Below, piece by piece: positions 38,901 to 58,549 of a stretch of 64,000 nt of DNA; positions within the stretch are counted from its first letter, which is position 1, and each line of letters starts with the position of its first letter. The translations under genes and the position numbers were made by a program. The stretch is from Phoronis australis (taxonomy: Eukaryota; Animalia; Phoronida), in NCBI GenBank assembly GCA_002633005.1, contig NMRA01000081.1:1016428-1080427 (forward strand), given 5' to 3'. Below the pieces are notes generated by a model, which was not told the origin of the DNA, did no database searches, and saw only the letters and a list, made by a program, of their open reading frames with translations.

Positions 38901-41900
38901 GTCATATTTCTTCCATTTTGCAATGTGCAAATCCTTTTATTCTTTCAGCACTGTTCAAGTAGTAGGAAAATATTTGTAAAATAAGCTGATCACAAATCTA
39001 ATGCCATTGTCTTCCTTCATCTTGGTGTGCTGAATTAATCACCAATCTTATTTGACTTTCAAGCTATAATTCTAGAAATCTTAGTGAAATATTTGTAGAT
39101 TAACTTTCACATTTAATGTTTTATCTTGTATCATTGTATTATTAATTTCCCCTTTCACATTTCATTTTTAATGTTTTATCTTGTATCATTGTATTATTAA
39201 TTTCCCCTTTCACATTTCATTTTTAATGTTTTATCTTGTATCATTGTATTATTAATTTCCCCTTTCACATTTCACATTTAATTTTTTATCTTGTATCATT
39301 GTATTATTAATTTCCCCTTTCACATTTCACATTTAATTTTTTATCTTGTATCATTGTATTATTAATTTCCCCTTTCACATTTCACATTTAATGTTTTATC
39401 TTGTATCATTGTATTATTAATTTCCCCTTTCAGATTCTTCTTTATGACATTCGAACAGACAAGCCCTTCTCAGTGAAGGACCATAACTATGGTCTTCCCA
39501 TCAAGAAGATTGAATTTCACCCTGAGCAAGACCTTGTGTTGACCCTTGACCCAAAAATATTAAAAATATGGAACAGGCAAACGGTGAGTTACAAATGGTT
39601 ATGGAAAGGATACAGAACTAAGACACATGCTATGTGTACTAGACTCGAGATGTACTCTGTAACTGAAACCAAAACAAATTTGAGTTGCACACATAGTCAC
39701 ATGCATTAATTTAACAAATAATATTGACGAGTAAGCGATGAATAAGTCACTGAAATTTACGGGCTTTGTAGTGTAATGCAGTTAAAAGTAGGGGGCCCTA
39801 CTTGCAATTATTGAAAACCTTCTGAAGCAATGGTCGGCAAGGGTGGCGGTTTTGACTTCTTGCAGACGATAAATCCCTCTCGCGGGATATAAGCCTTCTA
39901 TGGGATTGATCGAGGTTTCAGGGTAGCTGGCATTTAAAAATTGTTTGTCATTTTGTTGGCATATCCTAAACATATGTCACACTATTGTAAATGTCTAAAA
40001 ATATAGTAATACTAAAACCGTCCAAATTTTCTATCTCTCAGCCCTGAGTTCTAAGCTTCTACACTGGGCACTTCAAACAACTCACATTTACAATGTTTTG
40101 TACTTCATATCCTCAGTCATGTATTTGACTAAGTTAGCGCTCGAAATACAGGGCATGATTTCAATTTTTGTTTGCTTACAAATATGATATGAGTCAGAGG
40201 TAAAATGTCTTACAGCTTGCATTTGAATTCTGTTTGATTTCCTTCCAGGGTAAACCATTCACTTCTGTCGAACCTGGTACAGATCTGAATGACCTCTGTC
40301 TGTTTCCTGAGACTGGCATGATGTTTCTGGCAAACGAAGCGCCTAAAATACTCACATATTACATTCCAGTAAGTGACAGAGTTCATTTTCATCATGATTA
40401 TAATGTCTTCAAAAGCTACTTTCCTGACTTGTCGAGACTTTTTGCTGGAAAGTTAAGTCACTGATTAATTGTTAGTTCCAGGGTGTAGGCTCACTTACAT
40501 CTTTAATAATCAAAGTATTGTTAATGTTGCTGGCTTGTTACATAAAGGTGTTTTGATACTAGACTTGGAGTACATTCAGAGCTAGAATTACATGAAACGT
40601 GGTCTTCAATGTATTTTTGTTGGTATGACCAAAACTGAGAACTTCACTGTACCATTCATTGTTGTTAATATTAAACAAGTCATGCAATTATCAATTTATT
40701 ACTACACGATATTCCCAAGTTTCAGTCAGTTCAAAGCTAAATGTTATGCAGGATTTTGATTGGCTACCCCTTCTCATGTGTACCACTGTAGGCTCTTGGT
40801 CCGGCCCCCAGATGGTGCTCTTTCCTGGATAATCTAACTGAAGAGCTAGAGGAGAATCCCTTACCCACAGGTAGGAAGTGCAGATATGACGTCTGACCTG
40901 ATGAGACTTTTATGATGGCTGTGCAAATGTTGACGTAACATTTTGCGTTAAGACCCAGATTATCGTCAAATTTTCCATAAGACCACTACAAGTGTGATGC
41001 ATAAGATTAATAAATATTCTGTTCCATGTCATGATATACTTTAAGCTGGCAATGGACGTTGCGGCTTGCGTCACTTTCACGTGTATGGTGACTTTCTCTG
41101 TTTCAGTATACGACGACTACAAGTTTGTGACAAGGCGAGAATTAGAGGAACTTGGCCTGGCTCACTTGATCGGGTCTAGCCTTCTTCGAGCATATATGCA
41201 TGGCTTCTTTATGGATGTCCGGCTGTACCGTAAGGTAAAGTATGCAGCAGAGAGTCACAGACCTAGTGGTTGGTTGATTATGGTTGAGAAAAACGATTCA
41301 TCATTCACCGTGTACAAATCAGTGTTAGTGTTAGGTCATGGATGTTACCGTTCCATCAGTTGTAGTGTTGATGCAAAAAATGCATGTCAAATTTTTAATC
41401 AGTCAAGTTCCAATTCATGAGGGAAACGAACGGTCCTGCGACATTGAAGAAATAACTTTAAATTAAGGATTCTTTTGAAAGCATTTTCACTGATTGAAGA
41501 CAAGATTTGTTTTTTCATGGGATATTAATTCCGTATGCATGAAAGAAGTGATTTATTTTTCACTTTGTGCTTATTCTTTATCTTATCTATAGCATGTGGT
41601 TCAACACTCGTGTTTCTTTGTTTCGTCAGGCCAAGTCAATAGTGGAACCATTTGCCTATGAGGAATACCGCCGTAAGAAGATAAGGGAGAAAATAGAAGA
41701 AGCTCGTGCAAATAGGGTACAGATTAAGAAGGTGAGTTATACCTGTCAGGAATGATGGGTGGTGTGTTCTGGTCGTGGTGTGGGTGGGTGAAGGGTGGCA
41801 TGTTCTGGTCCTGGGGTGGGTGGGTGATGGGTTGGTGTGTACTGGCTTTGGGGTGAGTTTGTGAAGGGTGGTGTGTTCTGGTCCTGGGCTGGGTGGATGA

Positions 41901-44900
41901 AAGGTGTGTGTACTGGTCCTGAGGTGGGTAGGTAAAGGTTGGTGTGTTTTGGCCCTGGGTTTGGTTGGTGAAGGGTGGTGTGTTCTTGTCCTGCAGTGGG
42001 TGGGTGAAGGGTGGCGTGTTTTAGCCCTGGGGTTGGTTGGTAAAGGATGGTGCATTCTGGCTCTTGGGTGGGTGGGTGAAGGATGGTGTGTACTGGCTGT
42101 GGGGTGAGTGAGTGAAGGATTGTGTTTACTGGTCGTGAGGTGAGTAGATGCAGGGTGGTGTGTTCTGGCCCTGGAATGAGTGGGTGATGGGTGGATTGTT
42201 CGGGCCTAGGGGTGGGTTGGTCGAAGGTGATGTGTTTTACCCCTGGGATGTGTGAGTGAATAGTGGTGTATTCTATGCCTTGGGTGGGAGGGTGAACAAT
42301 GATTTATTTATGACTTTGAGTTATTTTTGTACTCTCGAGGATATGCATAATTTTGTCCTTTACTCCTGAGGAGTGATCTGGTCCATTATACTTATGGGTT
42401 GTGTGAGGTGGTGGGGTATATCCCCTGGAAGTTCAGGGGTGTTGTGCTTTAGGCAGTGTGGGCTTTTCTTGTTTACGCCCTAATTTGCAAGTATCAAACT
42501 GGAGGTTTGTGACTGCTGTTTGAATTAGTCTTAATTATTTACCACAGTGTTACAGACAAACACGTAATTTATTTTTATTTATTATTGTCATTTGTGTTTT
42601 GTTTAATTTAGAAACTACCCAAAGTGAACAGGAATCTGGCAGAGAAACTTCTAGAACAGTCAGAAGAAAGTGACCTGAACAAAAAGCAGAAGATAAAGGT
42701 GAGTTTGCCGTGTGTTTAGCTTGGATGGCAGGAGTTCTAAAATGTACTTGTAGTCTTGCATTTCTTTGCCTCTGTACCGGGACTGAATGACTGTGTTTTA
42801 AGGTTATGTTGGACATTATTGACAAGTTTAAGTATTTAGCCAAATAACCACAAAGCTATTATAGATTTCAAACCAGTAAAAGTATGTTTTATGAAAGTAG
42901 AAAGCCTGTAAAATTGGATGTATTATTTTTACCAATCTCACATTAGTTGGATCACATGTCCATGCTGTTTTTGTTTTAGAAAAATTATGCAAAAAACGAA
43001 GATACATTTGATAAAAAAACAGTGATATCAATAACATGGAAAATTTCATTGATATAAATGTTTAAGATGAAATCACATAAATGTTATAACATTTTTCTAA
43101 ATTATTTTGTTTTGTTTTACTCAAGTTTTGAGTTTTTTTCATGAAAATCATCTGAATAAGTCCAATTGTTTGATAGCTCCTCAAACAAAAGCGGAACATT
43201 TTTAATATACTTCCTAATTGCCTTTAGGAGAACAATGCACAAAGCATACCGTCTGAAAGTTTCACATCAATCCGATCAGCCATTTCTGAGATATGATGTT
43301 CCAACAAAGTTTGGACATTTTCCTTTGGTCCTACATAACATTGTAATACATGCTCCTAACAATGCTAATGTATAGCAGGAACTTAACGGCAATGGTATTT
43401 TAACATAGTCTATGCTAAACAAAGAGCAGTTGTATTCATTAACATCTTGCAAATGTGAAAACAAAAATTCTGCAAATAGGTGACCTTTGCACTAATGACG
43501 TACCTTGGGGGGGGGGCTGACATAACCTGCATCATGTAGTGTTATTCCCCAGCACCACATCACCATATTTACTGGACACTGTTCAGTAATTTGCAGCGGA
43601 TCATTTTCGCCACAAAACTCGTTCTTAAAAACATTTGACGACTTTCAAAGCACTACATTATTCACATTGTCACTATGTTGTGTTTTAATTTTGCCGTGCA
43701 ATCACAGAGATATTAAGTAATTAGCCTGCAACTTCCTCTTTAAGTGTCATAAACTTGCTCCTGTCTTACTAAATTGAAGCACAGACTGCAAAGAACATAT
43801 TGAGATATTCTATGCCAACTTGTATTGTTGTATCTGTTCATAATTTAAGAATTTAGCCTTTGCCTGAATGAGAACTTGTCTGTTTGATTATCAATATCAT
43901 TAGGAGTAAATGGTTAATGCATTACCATGTTATTTTTCCCTTCCAGCAAAAGGAGGCCGTCAGTCTGTTGAAGGATGACCGTTTCTCGGCCATGTTTGAG
44001 AACCCTGACTTCCAAGTGGACGAGGAAAGTGAGGAGTATCGTCTACTCAACCCTGTTGTATCCAAACTGGACAAACAGAAACAGAAGAAGCGAGAAAGGT
44101 TACAGCAGCAGTTTGAGGAAGTGGAGGTATGCCATCTACTGTACATAGGTGTAGTCTCATTTTGGCCTCCAGCACACAGTCAGCTTCGCTTAAGTGGAAA
44201 GTGCAGTGACAAGTTCCTGACTGTATTCCTTGTCTTCCTTATTTGTAAAATCATGTGAATTGACTAGCCTGATAGGTGTTGTTACTTTCGCTTTTAAAAA
44301 GGTTTAGAATAATTATGTAAAACACCATTTGGTACTTTTAAATTATTCTATCCGTAATGAATTCTGTATCGTGTGATAAGCAGTAGAATATGAAGACAAG
44401 TAAACAGTCTGTAGGATAAAGTTTGTATAAGTCCTGCGATTTTATTGTCGAACAACATAACACAGTATACACTCGGGGAGAGAGAGTTTATAAAGGTGTT
44501 GTCATTAGCTGTTGGACATCAACTTGGAACTGAAAGTAAAAAAAAAATGATTATTGTGTTGAGTCGACCAATATATGCACTTGTTGGGAGGGCTAGCCTT
44601 CATTACAACATTACTCCATGTAATTTTTATGACCAATCACAAGCCAGAATAGATTGGAACTGTTCATTCTGGGATAGGAACCAGTTTAAACATTGATGTT
44701 GTACTGCAAAGCTGGTGACTTCAGTTTGCAAAATTTCAGCATGAGCAGTTTTCAAAGGGTGTTTTATGGTTATAACACAAAACCGATTTTAGTATGCCCT
44801 TTCTAATTTTTTATTTCAGGATGATGAAATTGAGGGACGTCCATCCAGCGATGAGAGCAGCTCAGATGACGACCATACGTGGACTGAGGAAGTGAAGAAA

Positions 44901-46332
44901 CAACATCGTCTGCTCACCAATGAGGCGAGGTCACGTGAACGGGCTGAAAGGGAGCAGGCCAAACTGAGGTTCTACGAAATGAAGGAGGGTAAAGAGTACG
45001 GTGCCAGTGGACTGTCCAGTAGTGAGAAGAAGCAGAGGAAGAAAGAGACAAAGTAAGACTGGATGATATCCGGTTTTCATGTAATAAGTACAAAAATATG
45101 TATCCTGGTGTAAAGTGACATTGCGCTGTTTACTGTAAACAATTTTGAATCACGGACTAAAATAGACCTACTTGGTAAAATTGCTGAGCTGTAGATCTTC
45201 AAACATTTCTAAACAATGACTGATGGTAGCATAGTACTAGCATAGCTAAGAGCTTTTGGTGGTCACACCGTCGTGTACTACTTCAATTTATTGAAAAACA
45301 TTCACTCGTATAAATGTGAAGTTGATGACTGTCGCCTTCTTTATGTCGATTGTTATTGCAGGATTAGTCTTGGTGAGCGAGTAGAGATGAATCAAGACAC
45401 TGACGTAATAACACAGACGGGCAGCTCTCTTGGCAGTCGACAGATGACTTTCACCTTAAACAGGGTAAGGAGTCAGTCAGATACGTAAATCAGGGCTTGG
45501 AATTTTCCGCGGAAACGCGGACTTCCGCTTTTTTCAAATGTGCTTTCCGCTTTTTTTATAATATTTCCACGTAAAAAATCGGATTTGATATAAAATTTCC
45601 GTGGCAAATTCCTTTCTTACCGCGGCGTTGCAAACGACGTTCACCTCGAAAAGCGGAAGTTGCTCTTTATGTTCGGAGGAACGTAAATTGTCAACATTGC
45701 CGGGGCATCTGGGATAGCGTGGTGTGATTTTCAATGGCGTCTCGTGTTATTGTTAAGCGCGGCGACAAGTACTACCGCTCTGCAGCCAAAAATGTGTGGG
45801 TTGGGAGTAGACGGGCGAGCTAAAAGGACGCAGACGCATGCTACTGATGGTGGTAACGTTTTTTTTTTTTTTTTAGTCCTCCCGATTTTTGTCGGGGAAA
45901 GGTTCACATTGACCACAGTTCTAGGCTGGTTATCGGGTGATGATTTGGGCCGTAAAAGTTTCAAAGTTTCCGCGTTTTTTGTCATTGGTCATTCCAAGCC
46001 CTGGTAAATGAACAACAACCAAATATACCTCTAATGGTCTTTAAGTTGTTTATCATCAGTTACCCAATAGTATTGTCTCTGATGAAGGTCACAGTAAAAT
46101 TATAACCCACTTGTTATCTGTTTGTTGTAACTTGCATGATGTCATGTTGTAGAATGTAGTTACACAAACGTGACTATTGAGTTCTTGTTTTCAGGATGAG
46201 AACAAGAAACGCCGAGAACAGGAAGCCGCAGCCCATCACAAAGAGAGGAGGAAAATTCGACGATCCGCATCCGATATCACCAAGACTATCAAATCAAAAC
46301 CCAAATTTTGGATGGGCAAACGGGTCCAATAG
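32957..46332 (+). CDS. NOL10: Nucleolar protein 10 (WD40 / NUC153, yeast Enp2 orthologue), 19 exons, ~691 aa
   Basis: Exons: 32957-33022, 33816-33861, 34401-34499, 35400-35515, 35729-35865, 36433-36498, 37049-37109, 37767-37852, 38259-38337, 39434-39583, 40249-40368, 40792-40870, 41107-41234, 41630-41731, 42612-42698, 43947-44126, 44820-45052, 45362-45464, 46195-46332. All introns are GT-AG and in phase, total 2076 nt. Signatures: MQISNPNNIKIYNLSAGKSLPEWL, RRIELLQDFEMP, LGPAPRWCSFLDNLTEELEE, VYDDYKFVT, AYMHGFF and DDRFSAMFENPDFQVD. Confidence 0.95.
39106..39436 (+). repeat. 55-bp x6 tandem array ending at the NOL10 exon 10 splice acceptor
   Basis: TTATCTTGTATCATTGTATTATTAATTTCCCCTTTCA starts at 39121, 39176, 39231, 39286, 39341 and 39396. 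Five copies continue CAC-ATT, and the last continues CAG|ATT, the real acceptor. Confidence 0.95.
41750..42295 (+). repeat. G/T-rich minisatellite (~36-37 bp unit) starting just after the NOL10 exon 14 donor
   Basis: Repeated GGGTGGGTGGGTGAAGGGTGGTGTGTTCTGGCCCT-type units, about 14 copies. Confidence 0.9.
45491..46003 (+). mobile_element. hAT-like MITE (~510 bp) with 6-bp TSD, copy 1 (NOL10 last intron)
   Basis: TIR CAGGGCTTGGAAT/ATTCCAAGCCCTG with GTAAAT duplicated on both sides. Highly similar to 58550-59047 in the opposite orientation. Confidence 0.92.
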
Positions 46333-46476
46333 AATACTTAAAATGTTTTGTAAATTTCGCGTAAAGTTGCTGGACCAGAATTATAAATCTAAACGAATCT
46401 CCCAACGCGGCATGTCCTTGTATGCTGTGTACAATAATCACCAAAAAATTTAATCAGCCTGCTCAGAAAACCTGTC

Positions 46477-46482
46477 AATAAA
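46477..46482 (+). promoter_or_regulatory. Candidate NOL10 polyadenylation signal
   Basis: AATAAA 145 nt after the stop codon. A second AATAAA lies at 47189-47194. Confidence 0.5.
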
Positions 46483-47613
46483 ATGCCAATAGCTGCTTCG
46501 CGTTTGTGGAAAAAATGTTAAGCTTTGTGAAAACCAGTAATATCTTGTCTAGTTTCAATATGAAATGAATCAAAATTGGTATAAAACATGGGTTCAGCAA
46601 CTTAAAGTTGAATGAGGGATGAGAAGGTAGCTTATTTTGTAGATTCAGCTCTAAATTGATGAAATTTTTCCACAGTGATATGAGTGTGCTTCAGTGCAGG
46701 ACAGTCGATTTTCAGATTAAAAAGTTAGATATTTTAGTAACTATAGTTGAAACTAGTCAATTTTACATTATGTCGGGAGCAAATGTGGAAATAGCCAAGC
46801 AAGGATTGAATTATTGTGCAAGGTGTATTGCATTGTATTTTGGCTGTAACATGCTGTTGGATATTTTTAACTTATTCCTATGTGTAGTGTTCAAGTTACT
46901 ACAGACACTGCATGCATCTGTTATGCATGACATTTTAATATTTATGCATTTGCCCAGTTAAATTATCAACCTTTCTCTAACACTTAAAACCATGTAATTT
47001 GTTTTATTCACAATTTGTTGTCATAAGGTCACAGTACTCGAATTGTCTTCCTGTAAGAAGTGGCCCTCTGTGATGAGCTTTAAAATTGGCTTAGTGTAGA
47101 GCAGTGTTGAATGAGAATACTCTCAAGGTTTTTTGGTGTTATTTTTACTAAAATGAGAACAGTTATTAAGCCGACATATTTCAGTGTTAATAAACGGTAA
47201 CTCATTTTCATTGTACAGTTCAGTTCTTGAATATTTTATGTAATGGGTGGAGATGCCAGAACCTCTGGAGGACAAGTGATGATAACCTAATCAGCAACAG
47301 GTGGCACTAGTAGTGTTCCTGAGTATATAATATGGAATGTGTCTGGCAGTGGGGATGACAGCAATCAGGTAGCTGTAGATCAGCCACCTAGATCTGTCCC
47401 CCAGCTGTTTTCTGGACGTCCCGGCACAATCATTTAACAAAATATGTGAAGTGCCCTGTCATTACTGGTAAAACTGAATGCTTTCTGAGTTGACAACTAA
47501 TTGTTGTTTGTAATGGCTATTCTACTAGAGATCATCAAATATTGTGTGTTTTACAACTTCAATTCAGAAGTAATGGTAATACAAACAGTCATTCACATTA
47601 TTTTTTGAGATGT

Positions 47614-47619
47614 TTTATT
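47614..47619 (-). promoter_or_regulatory. Candidate COPS5 polyadenylation signal
   Basis: TTTATT on + strand, ~325 nt downstream of the COPS5 stop codon. Confidence 0.55.
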
Positions 47620-47942
47620 CAGAGACAAGCACTTTTTATAGAACAAACATTTCAACATAACACATCCATAGTTGGTCTGTATAACACTTCCTGAAGAAAC
47701 AGTCTCTGAGGTGGAAAAGTAGGAGTGACCAACTGCAAACAAACTTTCCATCCAGCTTCAGTTGTGTTAAAATCTGCACTCCCAATTTGCATAGGACAGC
47801 ATTTTGTTAGTCTCTATATGCAGGGTTTACGCAAGCTCTGTGCCAAATCATGACTCCAACTAAGCCAAGTGGTGAGGTTTATCCTTGTCGAGAATCCTGA
47901 GCTCATTACAAAAGCAGCCAAATCCATCATTAACCTCACTGG

Positions 47943-54213
<6,271 letters not shown>

Positions 54214-55152
54214 GGTGAGCCTTGAGATACTGCCAACTAGAAATAGTAGAAACAACTGTGGTCATCATTAAGTGACTTGTTTGGACATTTAGAAAAGCAA
54301 ACTAGTGCATCTTAGAGCAAACTCTTCATCTGTGTTATGTTTTGCTCAGATAACCACCTGGCTGTTAATATAGTTTACATAATTGCACTCTTTGGTCACA
54401 ACCAGTTAAACCTGCTGGCTAAAAAAACAAAAAAAGACAAAATTAGAACTGTGACTCTTGTGAAATCGGTCTCATATCCTTTACTGTTACAGGGTTCTAT
54501 TTTTGTCACCAAAGAAAGGATCGAACCATCAACAACTCAAGTAAACGCGTCAGAGTTTATTTGGGGTTGCCACCCTTAAATTGTGAATTCGAAAATGAAC
54601 GTATTGTCTGCGAATTGAATTGGTAACAGGAATGACAAGGAACATTACCAGACAGATTTTAAGAGAGTAAAAGGCCCAATCTGATTTTCATTTCTTAGCC
54701 ATCAAAACAGAACATGGATTTTTACTATTATTGCTTGGATAAAAGGACCAACTAATCCTTTCTAAGAGATCTTACAGCCTTTAGTCGAAGTATTAGCAAA
54801 GTGACGTGATCCAGAATTGGAGTTTCTGGCAGTGACTACAATCAAACTAACTTTGATGGTGTGGCAAGGACACGGAAATATTAGTAAAAAACATCCAGGA
54901 TAAGGAGAGTATGCACCAAGAAGTGTATGCTAAGTTATGTTAACAAACATGGTGACGTTACCGCAGCTGTTGGAAGGGGAAGGATTGTCAGGGTAACTTA
55001 CATGTCTGAAAAAGTGATGATGGTTAACCTCATTTTATGAGTCATTTATAAAACACAAGTCTGCGACTGCAAGACAACACCCGGACTTAAAGAACCCATT
55101 TCCACTGAATAAGGGGCACTACGTGGCGCTCAAATTTTGTTTGAGCCATGGC

Positions 55153-55644
55153 CAGGCCTTTATCCAGGATTTCGAGAATAGGGTGTCCAAAACGGGGTTC
55201 CCAATATTCCAGGGCGTCCATGATTCCGACGCGCAACCCCCCACCCCCAGCAATCCCTCCAAACACACAGATTTTTTTTACAAAAAATGCATAGACCAAG
55301 GTTTGTACATCTAAGTTTATGAAACAGCCTTCTGTAGTGAGCATTTTCACTAAAAAAAACTGTAGACTAAGACTTTTACAAAGCTATCAACCAAGTGGGA
55401 GCATAGCAACATTGTATATACTTTGTATATTACATTGTATATTTCTTCCTGCTTTGAAAAAAGAGCCCCCACTGTGAGCCTTCAGAGGCTTCCTAGTAAT
55501 CATTACAATGTGCGAGTCCAAACTTAAAAGGTTCCTACTGACAGTGGGCGTCTAAATGATACATTGGGCGTCCTTGTCAGGGCATCCATATTAGTGCTAG
55601 GGCATCCATTTGGACGCCCAGGACATATGCTGCATAAAGGCCTG
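55153..55644. mobile_element. hAT-type MITE (~490 bp)
   Basis: TIR CAGGCCTTTAT/ATAAAGGCCTG with 8-bp TSD GCCATGGC (55145-55152 and 55645-55652). Subterminal GGGCGTCC motifs. Confidence 0.85.
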
Positions 55645-55715
55645 GCCATGGCTGCATTTCACTCCCCAAGTTTGATGAAAAAATTAATGACAACTGTGAT
55701 GGCTAAGCATTTTAA

Positions 55716-57340
55716 AGGAGAATGCCACCCAAAACACAAGCTATTTTATATCAATTTAGATCAAGTAGTTCCACTCCATAACATCAAGTTCAGTTGTTTT
55801 ACCCGACACCTAACGGCAGACGGAGGTGTTGAAATCAACCAATGACGTAATCGGTTCGAACGAGGTCTGTTCAGCCGTTCACAACACGCTTACTGGTGTC
55901 AACTCATCGCTTGAATTCATTGTTTTGCACCAATAAGTCATCGAAATTCGATATAAACCCCTTACAAATACATTGAGTTCTTAAAAAAAATAGTGTTGTT
56001 TTATTTCACTGTTACGGATTTAGGTATTTGAACGTACCGTAGCCTACAGAGTTCGGTAGGCCATGGTCGATCCCTGGAGTTTGGGTCTGTTAGGTGATAA
56101 ATACGAACCATTCTTCTGTGAAATAAAAACGGGGGAACAAAGCTGTGTGTTGTACTTTAAGACTTGGGATTTTTTCAGTTCTAAACACACAAAATGCTTG
56201 TTACTCCCCGCCAGTGGCTCCGAACCCGATCAGGCCCATCGCAGCTGCCGGGACTGGACATCACGAACATAAACCAGCTTATGTTGGAAACTAAACCTCC
56301 AGTCACAAAAGACTATAATACTGAGCCAAAGAAACACTGTGCACTTAATTATTTAGGTGAATTAGCCACGCAACTAAAAATCTACTTACTCGTTGGGGGC
56401 CACGAAAAAGTCAGGTTGCACAGTAACAATGATTTGAATAATGTATTTGTATATCTAAATGAAGATTTCCCTAACGTGTGACCATAGCATATAAAATCGA
56501 GTTATTGTTTCACAATAGCTTTCCGTCAGCAAACACTGAATTAGCATGCGCTCACACGGCCTTGGTGCCCGGTCAATTACCTTTATAGCATCTAAAGCTG
56601 GCTGGGTAAGGCAAGGGTTTATTCACTGCTGGCTTCTCAAAACATTTGCACTCACAAATACTCCAAAAGCATTACAAATTGTATCAAATGAGACAGACTT
56701 TGTTTCAGTTTTATATAAGCATTGGTTAGGGTGAGAATAATTCATTTTGAAACAGAACGCAGAATAATAAACGTCTACATGGCAACTTGCCCGGCGCCAA
56801 TCTTGACTTAGTCGAGAACTCATCCGATGAAGAGTTCACGAGTCGGATCGTTAGGTTTCACAGGCTATCAGTTCGAACTGGCATACACTGACCAAGAAAT
56901 ACTAGAGAGGAGCCATGAACATGCACACACAACGGAACGCATGGATAGTTCTTTGGTAAGCCAGAATTTGTGAGAGAAATCACTGTCGACGAAATACCAG
57001 CCACAAACATGGAGATGTTTCACGGCCTCATACTTGCTATTAACAGCGTACTTTTCATTCTTCACTACCACGAGCCACTTCCTAAGCATTTCGGGCTCTC
57101 GAGGAAGTCCAAAAAACGATATACCTGCTTTCTTCGCAGCTTCATAGTAGTTCGTAAAAGCGGGAACGATGCACCGCAATATAGCGGATGAACCACTGAC
57201 GTTGCTGCGTCATTTCTCATCTTCCTCACAGGTTAACGCGACATCTCTCAGCAAGGTGAGGTCGACCATATCAGAGGCGATGTGGATATAGACCGATTAA
57301 GATAGTAAAAAAGACTAATTAAATCGGGTGGCATTCTCCT
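55716..57340 (-). mobile_element. Kolobok-like DNA transposon deletion derivative with degenerate THAP domain
   Basis: TTAA duplications (55712-55715 and 57341-57344) and perfect TIR AGGAGAATGCCACCC/GGGTGGCATTCTCCT. The minus ORF 56868-57179 (GISFFGLPREPEMLRKW...HVCGWYFVDSDF) matches the THAP F-x-x-P, W and C-x-x-H-F pattern with the zinc ligands decayed. Confidence 0.85.
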
Positions 57341-58549
57341 TTAAGGTTACGTACGACTATTGTAAAATATCCAGGTTCAGCTAACTTCGGCACATCATGT
57401 CTCAGAAATGGGTAATCGCATTAATTTAATATGAAGTTTATCTAATGCTGGTGTTCTACAAAATACAGTCAAGACGTGTTTTTAAATTGATAAAAATAAG
57501 ACTTTAATGATGTTTATGACAAAAATTAATAGTAGAATAAAACAAAGACAGAAAATGTAATAGCATTTTTGAGATTCCATCCGCAACAATTACATCAATC
57601 AAAATTTGGTCAATTCATTGACATCACTGTTATGTTACGATTGCTTAAAAGAGATGGTCATGTGACCCAATCCCTGGTAGATTAATAATACAATCATCAA
57701 AATCAAATTCTAAAAGCATTCTTCAGATATACTTTTCTTAAGCTAAATTCTATGTACCTTTGTAGATATTTGGCTGAATGCCCAGACTTATCAATAAGAT
57801 CCTAAATAAGAGAATTTGTAAGCTGTGTGTGAAGGGTAGGAATAGTGACATCATATTCCCTGACACAAATATTGTGAAAATGGCCAGTGGTCCATTAGGA
57901 AAACTGAATGAAGGAAAAACTTTTTTCGAACAGTCTTTCATTCAGTTGCTGAAATTGGTATATGGGGATATGATGTCATCAGTGTGAAACAAAATTTGCT
58001 GAAAAGCTTCCATGGAGGGCCTATGGGATGGCCACCGTCTTTACTGCGGACAGTCAAGACTGTAGCATAGGGTCTACACTGCGACTAGTGAGTAAACCAA
58101 CCCTTAAACAGGATTGGAAGTCCATACAGCGAAAGTGTAGAATTAAGCCATTTGTACCACACATCTAATATTAATCTGCACACATCAAAACTGCGATCAC
58201 GTGAACATATTTATCTGCTGAATGGTGAAATAATATGATGAATACAAACGCACAGAAAGAAACCCTCCAAAAGAACTTAATCACTCGAAGATTTGACTAT
58301 TTACTATTCGCTTGTCACTGCGCCATTAGCAGTTTTGAGAACTTGTGAAGCATTCACTTGACTGATTGGCTGGCATTCCGGTCACTACATAACGTCATTA
58401 GGTAAAAACTGAGATTATAAAATGGCAAACGATCGGATTCCTTGTTTTTTGAGAAAGGTAAAAAGAGGCGAAATATAACCAGTAAAATCGTTTGCGGTTC
58501 CTAAACATGTCATGACTCATGTCAAGGGAATTTGATTTGGTTAGAAGTA

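Noticed and set aside
41636-42107. Pro/Thr/His-rich and Gly/Trp/Val-rich repetitive ORFs
   Set aside because: They are translations of the intronic minisatellite.
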